This document shows positions 35,595 to 49,334 of a stretch of 64,000 nucleotides of DNA, one piece after another. The first letter of the stretch is position 1, and every line of letters starts with the position of its first letter. Made by a program: the position numbers and the translations under genes. The stretch comes from Squalus acanthias (Eukaryota): positions 151,840,001 through 151,904,000 of the forward strand of contig CM059431.1 in assembly GCA_030390025.1 (NCBI GenBank). The letters are read 5' to 3'. Below the pieces are notes generated by a model. It saw only the letters and a program-made list of their open reading frames with translations, made no database searches and was not told where the DNA came from.

Positions 35595-38500
35595 ACAGCG
35601 GCAGCGGCAGCAGCGAGAGCGACCCTGGGAGGAGCCTGAGCGACAGCGGGAACTATAAGGAGCGGGAGGGAGAGCGAGGCCCAGACTCATCGGCAGCGGC
35701 AGCAGCGAGAGCGGCCATGGGAGGTGCCTGAGCGACAGCCGGGAGCACAGGGAGCGCGGGAGAGAGCGAGGCCCTCAACAGGCGCCATTCGAAAGTGACG
35801 TCAGAGATTAAACGTGACGTCGACACAAGGGAAGCAGCTGATTTGTGAGTGGTGGGTGAGTGTTATTTTTTAAGTTTAAAGCCTATTCTGTTAAGTAAGT
35901 TCTTAGTCTTTAAATAAAGGGCAGTTCGTAGTCTTTTACATAAAGGTTAGTGCTTAGTCTTTTAAATAATCTGTTAGGTAAAGGGATGACAGGATTGGCA
36001 GGGCAGCTCAGTCCAGCGGAGTGCACATCCTGTGGCATATGGAAAGTCATGGACGATTCGCGTTGCATGAATGACTACATGTGCAGTAAGTGTCACCAGC
36101 TGCAACAACTCGAGCGACGGTTTACGGAGGTTGAGCGGCGAATGAAGTAATTGTGGTGCATCCGCGTGGCTGAGAACTACGTGGATAACACGCTTACTGA
36201 GGTGGTCACCCCGCAGCCTCAGAGAAAGCGGACAGAGAGCAAGTGGGTGACCACCAGACAGACGAATATCAGGCAGGAAGTTCAGGAGGCCCCGGAGGGC
36301 ATCTCGCTCTCCAACCGGTATTCTATTCTGAATACTGGTAGGTGCGATGATCTCTCTGAGGAGTGCAGTCAGATCCAAGTCCTCGGCACCACGGGTGGCT
36401 CCGCTGCACAGGGGGTGGGGGGGAGGAAAAATTGTGAAAGTACAATAGTGGTAGGGGATTCAACAGTGAGGGGAGAAGAAAGGCGTTTCTATGGCCGCAG
36501 ACGTGACTCCAGGATGGTATGTTGCCTCCCTGGTGCATAGGTACAAAGAGGGAAGAGATCCTGCAGGCAGCGTTTAGGGAGTTAGGAGTCATATTAAAAA
36601 ACCGGACCTCAAAAGTAGTAATCTCCGTATTACTCCCCGTGCCACATGCTAGTGAATCCAGAAATAGGAGGATAAAGCAGATGAATGTGTCGCTGGGAGG
36701 ATGGTGCAGAAGGGAGGGCTTTAGATTCCTGAGGCATTGGGACCGTTTCTCGGGGAGGTGGGACCTGTACAAGCCGGACGAGTTGCACCTCAAAGAGCTG
36801 GGATCAATATCCTCGCCGGGGTGTTTGCTAGTGCTTTTGGGAAGGATTGAAATTAACTTGGCAGGGGGAAGGGAACATAAGAATAGAGTTAATAGGGAGG
36901 GAAGAAAAACTGGAATTCGAAAACAAAAACGTAGAAAGTAAATTGTTAGCACAGAGGAATCAAGGGCTAGATAGTAATCCACAAGGAGTTTTGCCTGTAC
37001 TAAATGATATATACTTCAATGCAAGCAGTATAGCGAACACGGCATGTGAGCTGAGGGCACAGGTAGATATTAGGGAATATGATATTATAGCTATTACAAA
37101 GACGTGGCTGAAAGACGGGCAGGTATGGCAGCTCAACATTCCTGGTTACAGGATTTTCAGACGGGATGGAGAGGGAGGGAGAAAGGGAGGGGTGTGTCGC
37201 GGTATTGTTGAAATAAACTATTACAGCTGTGAAGCGGGATGATATTTTGAAGGGATCATCAAACGAGGCCATATAGGTCGAATTGAAAAACAAAAAAGGG
37301 GCGATCACACTGATAGGCCTGTACTATGGCCCCCCAACAGTGAGAGGGAGAAAGAAGAACAAATATGCAGACACATTTTTTAGAAGTGCAAAAACTATAG
37401 GGGTGTAATAGTAGGGGATTGCAACTACCCCAATATTAACTGGGATAAAATTAGTTTGAATGGTATAGAGGGAGTGGAATTTCTAAAATGCATCCAGGAT
37501 CATTTTTTAGCCAGTATGCAGCATACCCAACAAGGCAGAGGGTGGTTCTGGACTTAGTTTTAGCTATTGAGGCTGGGCATGTAGAAGGCGTATCAGTGGG
37601 GGAGCATTTTAATGCTAGTGACCATAATTCAGTTAGATTTAAGGTAATTATGGAAAAGGACAAGGATAGACCAGGAGTACAAATTTTTAATTGGGGAAAA
37701 GCTAATTTTGCTAAGCTCAGAAGGGATTTAGCCATAGTGGGCCGGAAATATCTACTTGAAGGTAAGTCTGTGTCAGAGCAGTGGGAGGCATTCAAGGAGG
37801 AGATCCGGAGGGTTCAGACCAAATATGTGCCCTTAAAGAAAAAAAGTGGGATCAACAAATCTAGAGCCCCCTGAATGTCTAGGAACATACAGAGTAGGAT
37901 AATGAAAAAAGGGAGGCATATGGCAGATACCGAGGGCTAGGTACTCCAGAATCTTTAGAGGAGTACAGAATGTGCAGAGGTGCAATTAAAAAGGATATCA
38001 GGTAAGAAAAGAGAGAGCATGAAAAATTCTTCCAAGTAAAATTCAGGATAACCCAAAGTTGTTTTATATATATATTAAGAATAAGAGGATAACTAAAGAA
38101 AGAGTAGGGCCTATTAGAGAATATGAGGGTAATCTGTGTGTGGAGGCGGGAGACGTCGGCAGGGTTCTTAATGGATACTTTGCGTCTGTATTCACAGAGG
38201 AGAGGGGCGAAGCAGACATTGCTATCAGGGACGGCGAGTGTGAAATATTAAATGAAATAAACATAGTGAGGGAGGAAATATTAAGGGGTTCAGCAGCTTT
38301 AAATGTGGATAAATCCCCAGGCCCGGATGAAATGTATCCCAGGCTGTTAAGCGAAGCAAAAAAGGAAATAGCAGAGGCCCTGATCATAATTTTCCAATCC
38401 TCTCTGGCTTCAGGTGTGGTGCCGGATGACTGGAGGACTGCTAATGTGGTACCCTTGTTTAAAAATGGAGAAAAGGATAGACCGAGTAATTACAATCAGT

Positions 38501-38910
38501 CAGCCTATCCTCGGTGGTGGGAAAATTATTGGAAAGAATTCTGAAGGACAGGATAAATCTTCATTTATAAAGACACGGATTAATTAAGAAGAGTCAGCAC
38601 GGATTTGTGAAGGGAAGGTCGTATCTGACAAATTTGATTGAATGTTTTGAGGAGGTAACAAGAAGGGTAGATGAGGTTAATGCGTTTGATGTAGTGTATA
38701 TGGACTTTAGCAAGGCTTTTGATATTGCTCCACATGGCAGACTGGTCACGAAGTTAAAAGCCCATGTGATCCAGGGCAAAGTTTCAAGTTGGATTCAAAA
38801 CTGGATCGGAGGCAGGAAGCAGAGAGTAATGGTTGATGGTTTTTTTGTAACTGGAAGGCTGTTTCCAGTGGGGTTCAGCAGGGCTCAGTACTAGGTCCGT
38901 TGCTTTTGAT
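35595..38910 (+). mobile_element. CR1 LINE with 5'UTR, ORF1 and ORF2 to mid-RT; 3' end missing; disrupted
   Basis: Duplicated GC-rich 5'UTR unit, ORF1 CxxC...CxxC, and EN and RT motifs broken by stops. Confidence 0.92.
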
Positions 38911-38914
38911 GTAC

Positions 38915-41900
38915 AGGGTTTAAATTAAGGGTAGGACATGGCAGGGCAGCTCGGCTGCGTGGAGTGCTCCTCCTGTGCTAGGTGGGAAGTCAGGGACACT
39001 TTCGGTGTCAAGGGCGAACACATGTGCAGGAAGTGTCTCCAGCTGAAGCTACTCGAAATCCGCGTTTTGGAGCTGGAGCTGCGGCTGGAGTCACTGTGGA
39101 GCATCCGCGAAGCTGAGAACTTCGTGGATAGCGCATTTAACGAGGTGGTCACACCGCAGGTAAAAAAGTGCACAGGCAGACAGGAATGGGTGACCGCCAG
39201 ACAGAGTAAAATAACTCGGAAGGTAGTACAGGAGTTCCCGGCTCCATCTCCCTCTCCTACAGATTTTCCGTTTTGGATACTGCTGGGGGAGATGGTTTCT
39301 CAGGGGAATGCAGCAAGAGCCAAGTCCGTGGAACTACGACTGGCTCAGCTGCACAGGAGAGGAGGAAAAAAAATGGGGAGAGCAATAGTGATAGGGGATT
39401 CTATCGTAAGGGGAAGAGTTGACGTTTCTGTGGCCGCAGACGTGACTCCAGGATAGTAGTTTGCCTCCCTGATGCCAGCGTCAAGGACATCAATGAACGG
39501 CTGCAGGGCATTCTGAACGGGGATGGCGAACAGTCAGAGGTCGTGGTTCACATTGGTACCAAGGACATGGGTAGAAAGAGGGATGATGTCCTGCAACAAG
39601 AATTTAGGGAGCTAAGTAACAGATTAAAAAGCAGCACCTCAAAGGCTGTAATCTCTGGATTCCTCCCGGTGCCACGTGCTAGTGAGTATAGGAATAGGAG
39701 GATAGAGCAGATGAATGCGTGGTTAAAGAGTTGGTGCAGGATGGAGGGCTTTAGTTTCCTGGAAATGTGTCTGCTTCGGGGGAAGGTGGGGCCTGTACAA
39801 GACGGATGGGTTGCACATGAACCGGAAAGGGACCAACATCCTTGCGGGGAGGTTTGCTAGTAAAGTTGGCGGGGGGGGGGGGGGGGGGTGCGTGGTGGGG
39901 GAGGGGGGGTTAAACTAACTTGGCAGGGTGATAGGATACGCAGTGGAGCTATAGTAGGGGGTGATTCTCAGCCAAATATAGAGGAAAAAATAAGTCAGCC
40001 TGGAAGGCAGAGCAAATATGTAACGGCACAAAGGAGTATGGCAAGGCTGGATGGCATTTATTTTAATGCAAGGACTCTTGCGAGTAAGGCAGATGAATTG
40101 AAGGTGTTGATGACCACGTTGGAGTATGATATTGTTGCTATCACAGAGACATGGTTGAGGGATGGGCAGGAATGGCAGCTCAATATTCCGGGTAATAGAA
40201 TCTTCAGGCGAGACAGAGGGGCCTGTAAAAGAGGAGGGGGTGTTGCAATATTAATCAAGGAGTTAATTACTGCTGGAAGGAGGGATGATATTTTAGCAGA
40301 TTCCTCTAATGAGGCCATATGGGTAGAACCTAAAATCAAAGAGGGGTCATGCACTTTGCTGCGAGTGTACTCTAGGCGCCCAAACAGTCAGGGGGAGATA
40401 GAGGAACAGATATGCAGGCAAATCTCCGGGAAGTGTAGAAATAACAGGATAATAATAGTAGTGGATTTCAACTTCCCCAATATTAACTGGGATAATCAGA
40501 GTGTGAAAGGCTTAGCGGGTGCAGCATTCTTAACGTGCATCCAGGAGAGATTTTTGAGCCCGCATGTTGAAAGTCCTACAAGAGATGGGGCGGAACTGGA
40601 CCTATTTCTAGGGAATGTAGCCGGACAAGTGGTAGAAGTGTTAGTTGGAGAGCATTTTGGTGACAGTGACCATAATTCGGTGAGATTTAAGGTAGTCATG
40701 GAAAAGGATAAAGATGGACCGTAGATAAAGGTTCTAAATTTGGGGAAGGCCGACTTTAATATGATAAGGCAGTATCTGGCCAAAGTGGACTGGGATCAGC
40801 CACTTGTAGGAAAAACCACATCAGAGCAGTGGGAGTCTTTCAGAAAGTAAATAGAGAGAGTACAAAGGCAACATGTTCCCGTAAAGGTGAAGGGTGGGAC
40901 CAACAAGTCCAGGGAACCCTAAATGTCAAGGGATATACGAGAATGGATTTGGAAAAAAAAGGGAGGCTTTGGCAGATACAAAAGTATAAAAATAGTGGAA
41001 GCACTAGAGGTGTATAGAAAGTGCAGGGGTGGGGGGTAATTAAAAAGAAATTAGGAAAGCGAAGAGGGGGCATGAAATAACACTGGTGGGCAAAATAAAG
41101 TAAAATCCCAAGGTGTTTTATAAGTATATTAAGGGCAAGAGGATAACCAGGGAAAGAGTAGGGCCCATTAGGGACCAAAGTGGCAATCTGTGTGTAGAGC
41201 CAAAATATGTAGGCTGGGGTTTAAATGAATATTTTGCATCTGTGTTCACTATGGAGAAGGACGATGTAGGCATATAAATCGAACAGGTGGATTGTGATAT
41301 ACTTGAATAAATTAGTATTGAGAAGGAGCAGGTACTAGTGGTTTTAGCAGGCTTAAAGTGGATAAATCCCCAGGCCCAGACGAGATGTATCCCAGGCTGC
41401 TGTGTGAGGCAAGGGAGGAGATTGCAGGGGCTCTGCACAAATTTTCAGAACCTCTCTGGCCACAGGGGAGGTGCCAGAGAACTGGAGAACAGCTAACGTA
41501 GTACCATTATTCAAGAAGGGTAGAAGGGATAAACCAGAGAATTACAGGCCAGTGAGCCTAACATCAGTGGTAGGGAAAGTATTGGAAAAAATTCTGAGGG
41601 ACAGAATTAATCTCCACATGGAGAGGCAAGGATTAATCAAGGATAGTCAGCATGGCTTTGTCATGGGGAGATCATGTCTGACCAAATTGCTTGAATTATT
41701 TGAGGGGGTGACTAGGTGTATGGATGAGGGTAGTGCCTTTGATGTGGTATACATGGAATTCAGTAAGGCTTTTGACAAAGTCCCGCATGGGAGACTGGTC
41801 AAGAAGGTAAAAGCCCATGGGATCCAGGGCAACTTGGCACATTGGATCCAAAATTGGCTTGTTGGCAGGAGGCAGAGGGTGATATTCGAAGGTTGCTTTT

Positions 41901-42935
41901 GTGACTGGAAGCCTGTGTCCAGTGGTGTACCGCAGGGATCGGTGTTGGGTCCTTTGCTGTTTGTAGTCTACATTAATGATTTAGATATGAATGTGGGAGG
42001 TATGGTCAGTAAGTTTGCAGATGACACGATAATTGGTGGGTTGGTAAATAGAGAGGAGGGAAGCGTCAGGCTACAGGACGATATAGACGGATTGGTCAGA
42101 TGGGCAGAAAAGTGGCAAATGGAATTTAGCCCTGAAAAGTGTGAGGTGATGGATTTTGCGAGGACCAACAAGGCAAGGGAATACACAATGAATGGTAGGA
42201 CCCTGGAAAGGACAGAGGATCAGAGGGAACTTGACGTGCATGTACATAGATCCCTGAAGGCAGCAGGACAGGTAGATAGGTTGGATAAAAAGGCATATGG
42301 GATACGTGCCTTCATTAGCCGAGGCAGAGAATATAAGAGCAGGGAGGTTATGATGGAGCTGTACAAAACGCTAGTTAGGCCACAGCTGGAATAATGTGTG
42401 CAGTTCTGGTCGCCACACTATAGGACGGATGTGATTGCATTGGAGAGGGTGCAGAGGAGATTCACCAGGATGTTACCTGGGCTGCAGCTCTTCAGCTATG
42501 AAGAGAGACTGGACAGGCTGGGATTGTTTTCCTTAGAGAAGAGAAGGCTGAGGGGGGACCTGACTGAGGTGTACAAAATTATGAGGGGCATAGATAGGGT
42601 AGATAAAAATGAACAATTCCCCTTAGTATAGGGGTCAATAACCAGGGGGCGTAGTTTCATGGTAAGAGGCAGGAGGTTTAGAGGGGACTTGAGGAAAAAC
42701 TTTTTCAGCCAGTTGGAATCTGGAACTCATTGCCTGAATGGGTGGTAGAGATAGGAACACTCACAACATTCAAGAAGCATTTAGATGAACACTTGAACCG
42801 CCATAGCATACAAGGTTACGGACCAAGTGCTGCAAAATGGGATTAAAATAGACAAGGCTTGATGGCCGGCGCGGACACGATTGGCCGAAGGGCCTCTTTC
42901 TGTGCTGTATAACTCTATGACTCTACGACTCTATT
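38915..42935 (+). mobile_element. CR1 LINE, ORF1 + ORF2 + 3' tail; disrupted
   Basis: MAGQLGCVECSSC (38938), EN 39888-40724, RT 41471-42394, (CTATGACT)n tail. Confidence 0.95.
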
Positions 42936-43290
42936 TGGTCCCCTCATCCAAATCATAGGTATAGATTGTGAATAGCTGAGGCCCAATCACAGGTCCTTGC
43001 GGTACCACACTAGTTAAAGCCTGCCAACCCGAAAATTACCCGTTTATTCCTACTCTCTGTTTTCTGTCCGTTAACCAATCCTCAATCCATGCTAGTATAT
43101 TACCCCAATCCCTTGCGCCCTAAATTTGCTTAACATCCTCTTGTATGGCACCTTATCGAATGCCTTCTGAAAATTCAAAGATAGCACATCCACTGGTGCT
43201 CCCTTATCTATTCTGCTAGCTACAATTTCAAAACATTCTAACAGACTCGTCAAACACGGTTTCCCTCTCATAAATCCGTGTTCCCTAATA
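42935..43290 (-). mobile_element. CR1 RT internal fragment
   Basis: HGFMRGKPCLT...FQKAFDKVP. Confidence 0.85.
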
Positions 43291-43340
43291 CTGATGTCGC
43301 ATATTAATCTATCGAACTTCAAGAACTGATCAGAAATGCT

Positions 43341-43412
43341 ATCCCGATAAGCTCAGTCGATAGATCATCAGACCTCTAATCTGAGAATCGAGGGTTCTTT
43401 CCTGCTGTCTCA
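43341..43412 (+). pseudogene. tRNA-Lys(TTT)-derived pseudogene
   Basis: cccgataagctcagtcgatagatcatcagacctctaatctgagaatcgagggttc versus canonical GCCCGGATAGCTCAGTCGGTAGAGCATCAGACTTTTAATCTGAGGGTCCAGGGTTC. Confidence 0.75.
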
Positions 43413-43518
43413 AACAAACTCATTATTAGGAGTTAAACATTTGCCACAACACCTAATTTTTTCCAAATATAATGCGGCTGAATGAAAGATGGAATTGAGC
43501 ATTTTGATTTAAAAGCAT

Positions 43519-43575
43519 CGCCTGTATAGAGACTTGAACGGTGAACCCTCAGATTAAAACTCTTACGCTCCTGTC
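43519..43575 (-). pseudogene. Second tRNA-Lys(TTT) remnant (3' two thirds)
   Basis: Minus strand GAGCGTAAGAGTTTTAATCTGAGGGTTCACCGTTCAAGTCTCTATACAGGCG followed by atgcTTTT. Confidence 0.7.
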
Positions 43576-46021
43576 CCTGTTTAATATTGCGCACCCAGTT
43601 CCCAATGGAACGACTCGCTTTACCTGCTGACATTGAACATGACTTCGGTGGCATCCTGCATTTCCTACTTTTGTATACGTTCATGGGCTTCAGGCGTCTC
43701 TGGCATGCTGACACGAACGATTTGCTAATGGCCCTACTGCTTTCAGGTTGTGCTCATCTTTGCAGTTTCCGCAGCTTGTCCGTATTGCCTGATCAATAAT
43801 CATATTACAAGATCCCTTCCTAATAATAATATCTGTCTATCAATAAATTGGATATCTTACATATATGTGCACTTCCTGTCTACAAATCCTCAATATACCC
43901 TTTCAGGTTTCTTTCACTCTTTTGTGTCGAATATTTCGCCCATTATAAAATGTCTTGCCCACATTTAGGACTGAAACGGTCCCTGTAAACCGGTCACGCT
44001 GTAATTACGCTCGGTCGCCAGTGGTGACGCTGTAGAGTCTCCATTTTGCATCTTCCATCGCAGGGTGAAATGGAACGAAAGACTTGCAGGAAAAAAACTG
44101 TATCAGAATAATAGGTGATCTTTAATGAGGATACATTCCAAGTACAGGCTTGATACATTCCAACAGGAGAAAAGGGTAAGGGAAACAAAGCAACGGCTCC
44201 TTGGATGACGAGGGAGACAGAGAGGATGCTGAAACATAAAAAGGGGGTGCATGATGCATGTCAAGTGAATTCATCAGGGCAGAATCAGACCAAAAACAAT
44301 GAGTTGAGATGCGAAGTGAAGATGAAAATAAGATTGATAAAGAGAGAATATAAGAGTAGAATGGCGGTTAAAATAAAAGGTAACCCAAAAATCTTCTACC
44401 GAGTTATAAACAGTAAGTGGGTAGTAAGAGGCGTGTTTGGGCATATTGGGAAAAATAATGTGAGATATTCTTAGAAGCTCAGGACAAGGGTATAAATACT
44501 CAATGAATATCTGGTATTGGTGTTTACTAAGAAGGTGGATGCTGAAAAAATATTGGAAGAAGTGGAAAAGGCAGAAGCAATGGAAGGGGTGAAAATTGAT
44601 AGACAGGAGCTAGTGAAAAGCTGGGTACGCTGCGAGTGGATAACGCGCCTGGCCCAGATGGTTTGCATTCCAGCTTGCTGAGGGAATTGGGGGAGGAGAT
44701 AGCAGAAGGGCATGCAAAATTGTCCAATCTTTCCTAGATGCGGGGGAGGTGCCTGCGGATTGGAAGGTGACAAATATGGCATCATTGTTCAAGAAAGATT
44801 GTAAGGAAAATCCTAGTAACTACAGGCTTGGCAGTGTAACATTAGTGCTGGGTAAAGTTTTAGAAACAATAATCAAGGGAAAAGTTAACGGGCACTTGCA
44901 GAGGTTTAAGCTAATTAAGGAGAGCGAACACGGATTTGTAAAAGGCAGATCGTGTTTGTCTTATCCAATTGAATTTTTTGATGAAGTAACATGGAGGAAT
45001 GATGAAGGGAATGCAATGGAAGTTGACTACATGGATTTTCGGAAGGCGTTTGACAAAGTACCACATATGAGTTTGGTGAACAAAATTGAGCCTTCTGGAA
45101 TAGCTGGGTCAGTCGCAGCTTGGATAAGGAATTGGCTTAACGATAGAAAACTGCGAGTTGTGGTAGAAGGCTATTTTCAGATTGGAGGATGGTAGTCAGT
45201 CGAGTTGCCCAAGGGTCAGTGCTCAGGCCACTGTTTTTTTTACATATATAATTAACTTGGATATTGAAAGACAGAGTATAATTTCTAAATTTGCCAATGA
45301 CAGCAAACTTGGGGGTGTGACAATCTGTGAGGATGATACCAATCGACTGCAGCACTACATAGTTTTGCTTGCAAAATGGGCAGACAAGTGGCAGATGGAA
45401 TTAAATACAGAGAAGTGTGAGGTGATGCATTTTGGCAGCAGGAACAGTGAGAAGCAATATATACTAAATGACATATTTCTGAAGAGTGTGCAGGGACAGA
45501 GGGACCTGGGAGCTAATGTGCATAGGTCCCTGAAGGTGGCACGCCATATTGAGAAAGTGGTTAGCAAAGCATATGGGATCTTGTGCTTAATAAATAGAGG
45601 TATTGAGTACCAAAGTAGAGAAGTTATGCTGAAATTTATAAAGCGCTGCTTAGGCCACAACTGGAGTATTGCGTCCAGTTCTGCTCACCACAATTTAGGT
45701 AGGATGTGAATTCACTTGTGAGGATGCAGAGGAGTTTTACCGGAATGGTTCCGGGGATGGGGGATCTTAGCTATAAGGACAGGTTGGAGAAGCTGGATTT
45801 CTGTTCATTAGAGCAAAGGACGTTGAGGGGTGATTTGATAGAGGTGTACAAGATTATGACAGGCTTGGATATGCTAGACGTGGAAAGGCTGTTCCCACTA
45901 GTTAATGGTAGATGGAATAGGTGACACAGATTTCAGGTTTTGGGTAAGTGGGGAATGTGAGGAAAAACTTTTTTACACAGCGAGTGGTGATGACCTGGAA
46001 TTCGCTGACGACGTATGTGGT

Positions 46022-46156
46022 CATGCTGCGGAGATGCCGGTGTTGGACTGGGGTGGACAAAAATGAGAAGTCGCACAATACCAGGTTTTGGTCCAACAGT
46101 TTTACGTGAAATCACAAGCTTTCGGAGCTTACGTGGCCCCTTCCTCAGGTGAAGTC
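46022..46156 (-). mobile_element. Short Penelope-like (pLTR-type) insert with 7-bp TSD
   Basis: Interrupts the CR1, is flanked by ATGTGGT at 46015-21 and 46157-63, and contains a hammerhead core. Confidence 0.75.
46112..46152 (-). ncRNA. Minimal type I hammerhead ribozyme motif
   Basis: UCAC-CUGAGGA-A-GGGGC-cacguaa-GCUCC-GAAA-GCUU-GUGA: both core boxes, helix I (UCAC/GUGA), helix II, and a palindromic AAGCUU in place of helix III. Confidence 0.65.
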
Positions 46157-46496
46157 ATGTGGTGGAAGCGGGAACACTCAATATTTTCAAGGGCAGGCTG
46201 GATAGGCACTTGAGGGAAATAAACTTGCAGGGCTACGGGGATAGAGCGGGTGATTTGGGACTGACTGGTTTGCTCTACAGAGAGCCGGCACATACTCGAT
46301 GGGCCGAATGGCCTCCTTCTGTGCCGTTATGAATCTATGATTATGACTCCACTACTCACGCTCAATCATGACTGTTTTCGAAACAATTATCTCGTTTCCG
46401 TCAAAACTGAAAGAAGGCCATTCTAAAACGGAACACGATCTGCAGTTAAGCTCTAGTTAGGATAGAAAGCTCGGCTTTGATCTTCATATTTTATTA

Positions 46497-49334
46497 GAAA
46501 CATAGAAACATAGAAAATAGGTACAGGAGTAGACCATTCGGTCCTTCGAGCCTGCACCGCCATGCAATGCGTTCATGGCTGAACATGCTACCTCAGTACC
46601 CCATTCCTGCTTTCTCGCCATACCCCTTGATCCCCCTAGTTGTGAGTGTTATATCTAACTCCCTTTTGAATATATTTAGCGAACTGGCCTCAACAACCTT
46701 CTGTGGAAGAGAATTCCATAGATTCACCACTCTCTGGGTGAAGAAGTTCCTCCTCAGCTCAGTCTTAAATGGCTTCCCCTTAATCCTTAGACTGTGACCC
46801 CTGGTTCTAGTTTTCCCTAACATTGGGAACATTCTGCCCGCATCTAATTTGTCTAAACCAGTCAGGATTTTAAATGTCTCTATAAGATCCCCCCTCATTC
46901 TTCTGAACTCCAGAGGATACAAGTTCAGTTGACCCAATCTTTCTTGATATGTCAGACCGGCCATCCCAGGAATCAATCTAGTGAACCTTCGCTGCACTCC
47001 CTCAATAGCAAGAATGTCCTTCCATAAGTTAGGAGACCAAAACTGCGCACAAAACTCCAGGTGTGGCCTCACCAAGGCCCTGTACAACTGCAGCATCACC
47101 TCCCTACTCCTGTACTCAAATCTCCTTACTATGAAGGCCATCATTCCGTTTGCTTTCTTGACTGCCTGCTGCACTTGCATTCCCACCTTCAGTGACTGAT
47201 GTTCCATGACGCCGAGGTCTCGTTGCACCTCCCCTTTCCCTAATCTGCCACCATTTAGGTAATACTCCGCCTCTCTATTTTTACCACCAAAGTAGATAAC
47301 CTCACATTTATCCACATTGTACTTCATCTGCCATACATTTGCCCATTCACCCAACCTGTCCAAGTCACTCTGTAGCCTCATAGCATCCTCCTCATTGTTC
47401 ACACTGCCTCCCAATTTAGTGTCATCCGCAAATTTGGAGATATTACATTTAATCCCTTCGTCCAAATCATTAATATATAATGTAAACAGCTGGGGTCCCA
47501 GCACCGAACCCTGCGGTACCCCGCTGGTCACTGCCTGCCATTCTGAAAAGTACCCATTTACTCCTACTCTTTGTTTCCTGTGTGCCAACCAGTTCTCAAT
47601 CCACGTCAACACATTACGCCCAATCCCATGTGCTTTAACTTTGCTCACCAATCTCTTGTGTGGGACCTTGTCGAAGGCCTTCTGAAAGTCCAAATACACC
47701 ACATCTACTGGTTCCCCCCTGTCCACCCTATTGGAAACATCCTCAAAAACTTCCAGAAGATTTGTCAAGCATGATTTCCCTTTCACAAATCCATGCTGAC
47801 TTGGACCTATCTTGTCGCCACTTTCCAAATGGTCTGTTATGACATCTTTAATAATTGCTTCCATCATTTTACCCACGACCGATGTCAGGCTGACCGGTCT
47901 ATAATTCCCTGCTTTCTCCCTGCCTCCTATTCTAAAAAGAAGGGTTACATTGGCCACCCTCCACTCCATCGGAACTGATCCAGAGTCTAAGGAATGTTGA
48001 AAAATGATCGTCAATGCATCCACTATTTCCAAGGCCACCTCCTTAAGTACTCTGGGATGCAGACCATCAGGCCCCGGGGATTTTTCAGCCTTCAGTCCCA
48101 TCAATTTTCCCAATACCTTTTCCCGAATAATAAGGATTTCCCTCAGCTCCTCCCTCTTACCAGATCCTCTGACCCCTTTTATTTCCGGCAGGTTGTGTGT
48201 GTCCTGCACAATAAACACCGAACCAAAGTACTTGTTCAATTGATCTGCCATTTCCTTATTCCCCATTACGACTTCGCCTGTTTCCGACTGCAGGGGACCT
48301 ACGTTTGTTTTTACTAACCTCTTTCTTTTTACATATTTATAGAAGCTTTTGCAGTCCATTTTAATGTTCTCTGCAATCTTTCTTTCATATTTTATTTCCC
48401 CTGCCCTAATCAAACCCTTCGTCCTCCTCTGCTGAGTTTTGAAGTTCTCCCAGTCCCCGGGTCTGCTGCTACTTCTGGCCAATGTGTATGCAACTTCCTT
48501 GGTTTTTATACTATCCCTGATTTCCCTTGTTAGCCATGGTTGAGCCACCTTCCCTTTTTTATTTTTACGCCAGACCGGGATGTACAATTGTTGTAGTTCA
48601 TCCATGCGATCTCTAAATGTCTGCCATTGCCCTTCCACTGATAGCCCCTTAAATATCGCTTGCCAATTTAACCTCACCAATTCACGCCTCATACCCTCAA
48701 AGTTGCCCTTATTTAAGTTCTGGACCATGGTCTCTGACTTAACTGTTTCCTTCTCCATCCTAATGTAGAACTCCACCATACTATGGTCACTCTTCCCCAG
48801 GGGGCCTCGTACCACAAGATTGCTGATTAGTCCTTCCTCATTACACAACACCCAGTCCAGGATGGCCTCCCCTCGAGTTGGTTCCTCAACATATTGGTTT
48901 AGGAAACCAACCCTTAAACACTCCAGGAAATCCTCCTCCACCGTATTGCTTCCAGTTTGTGTAGCCCAATCTATATGCATATTAAAGTCACCCATGATAA
49001 CTGCCGTGCCTTTTTTGCACGCACCTCTGATCTCCTGTTTCATACCCTCCCCCACCTCACTACTGCTGTTTGGAGGTCTGTACACAACTCCCACTAACGT
49101 TTTCTGCCCTTTGGTGTTCTGCAGCTCAACCCATATTGATTCCACATCCTCCAAGCTGATGTCCTTCCTAGCTATTGCATTAATCTCCTCTTTAACCAGC
49201 AATGCTAACCCACCCCCTTTTCCTTTTATTCTATCCTTTCTAAATGTTGAATATCCCTGGATGTTCAGTTCCCAGCCTTGATTGTTCTGGAGCCACGTCT
49301 CTGTAATCCCAATCACATCGTATCCGTTAACATC
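46497..49334 (-). mobile_element. Young 5'-truncated CR1 with an uninterrupted 907-codon ORF2 segment (46593-49316)
   Basis: Continuous EN-RT frame, (CATAGAAA)n tail, TATTA duplicated at 46492-96 and 49335-39. Confidence 0.97.

Larger units (their letters stand above)
44040..46350 (+). mobile_element. Older CR1 ORF2 3' portion with tail
   Basis: RT motifs ([23 protein letters not shown]) across frameshifted ORFs. Confidence 0.9.
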
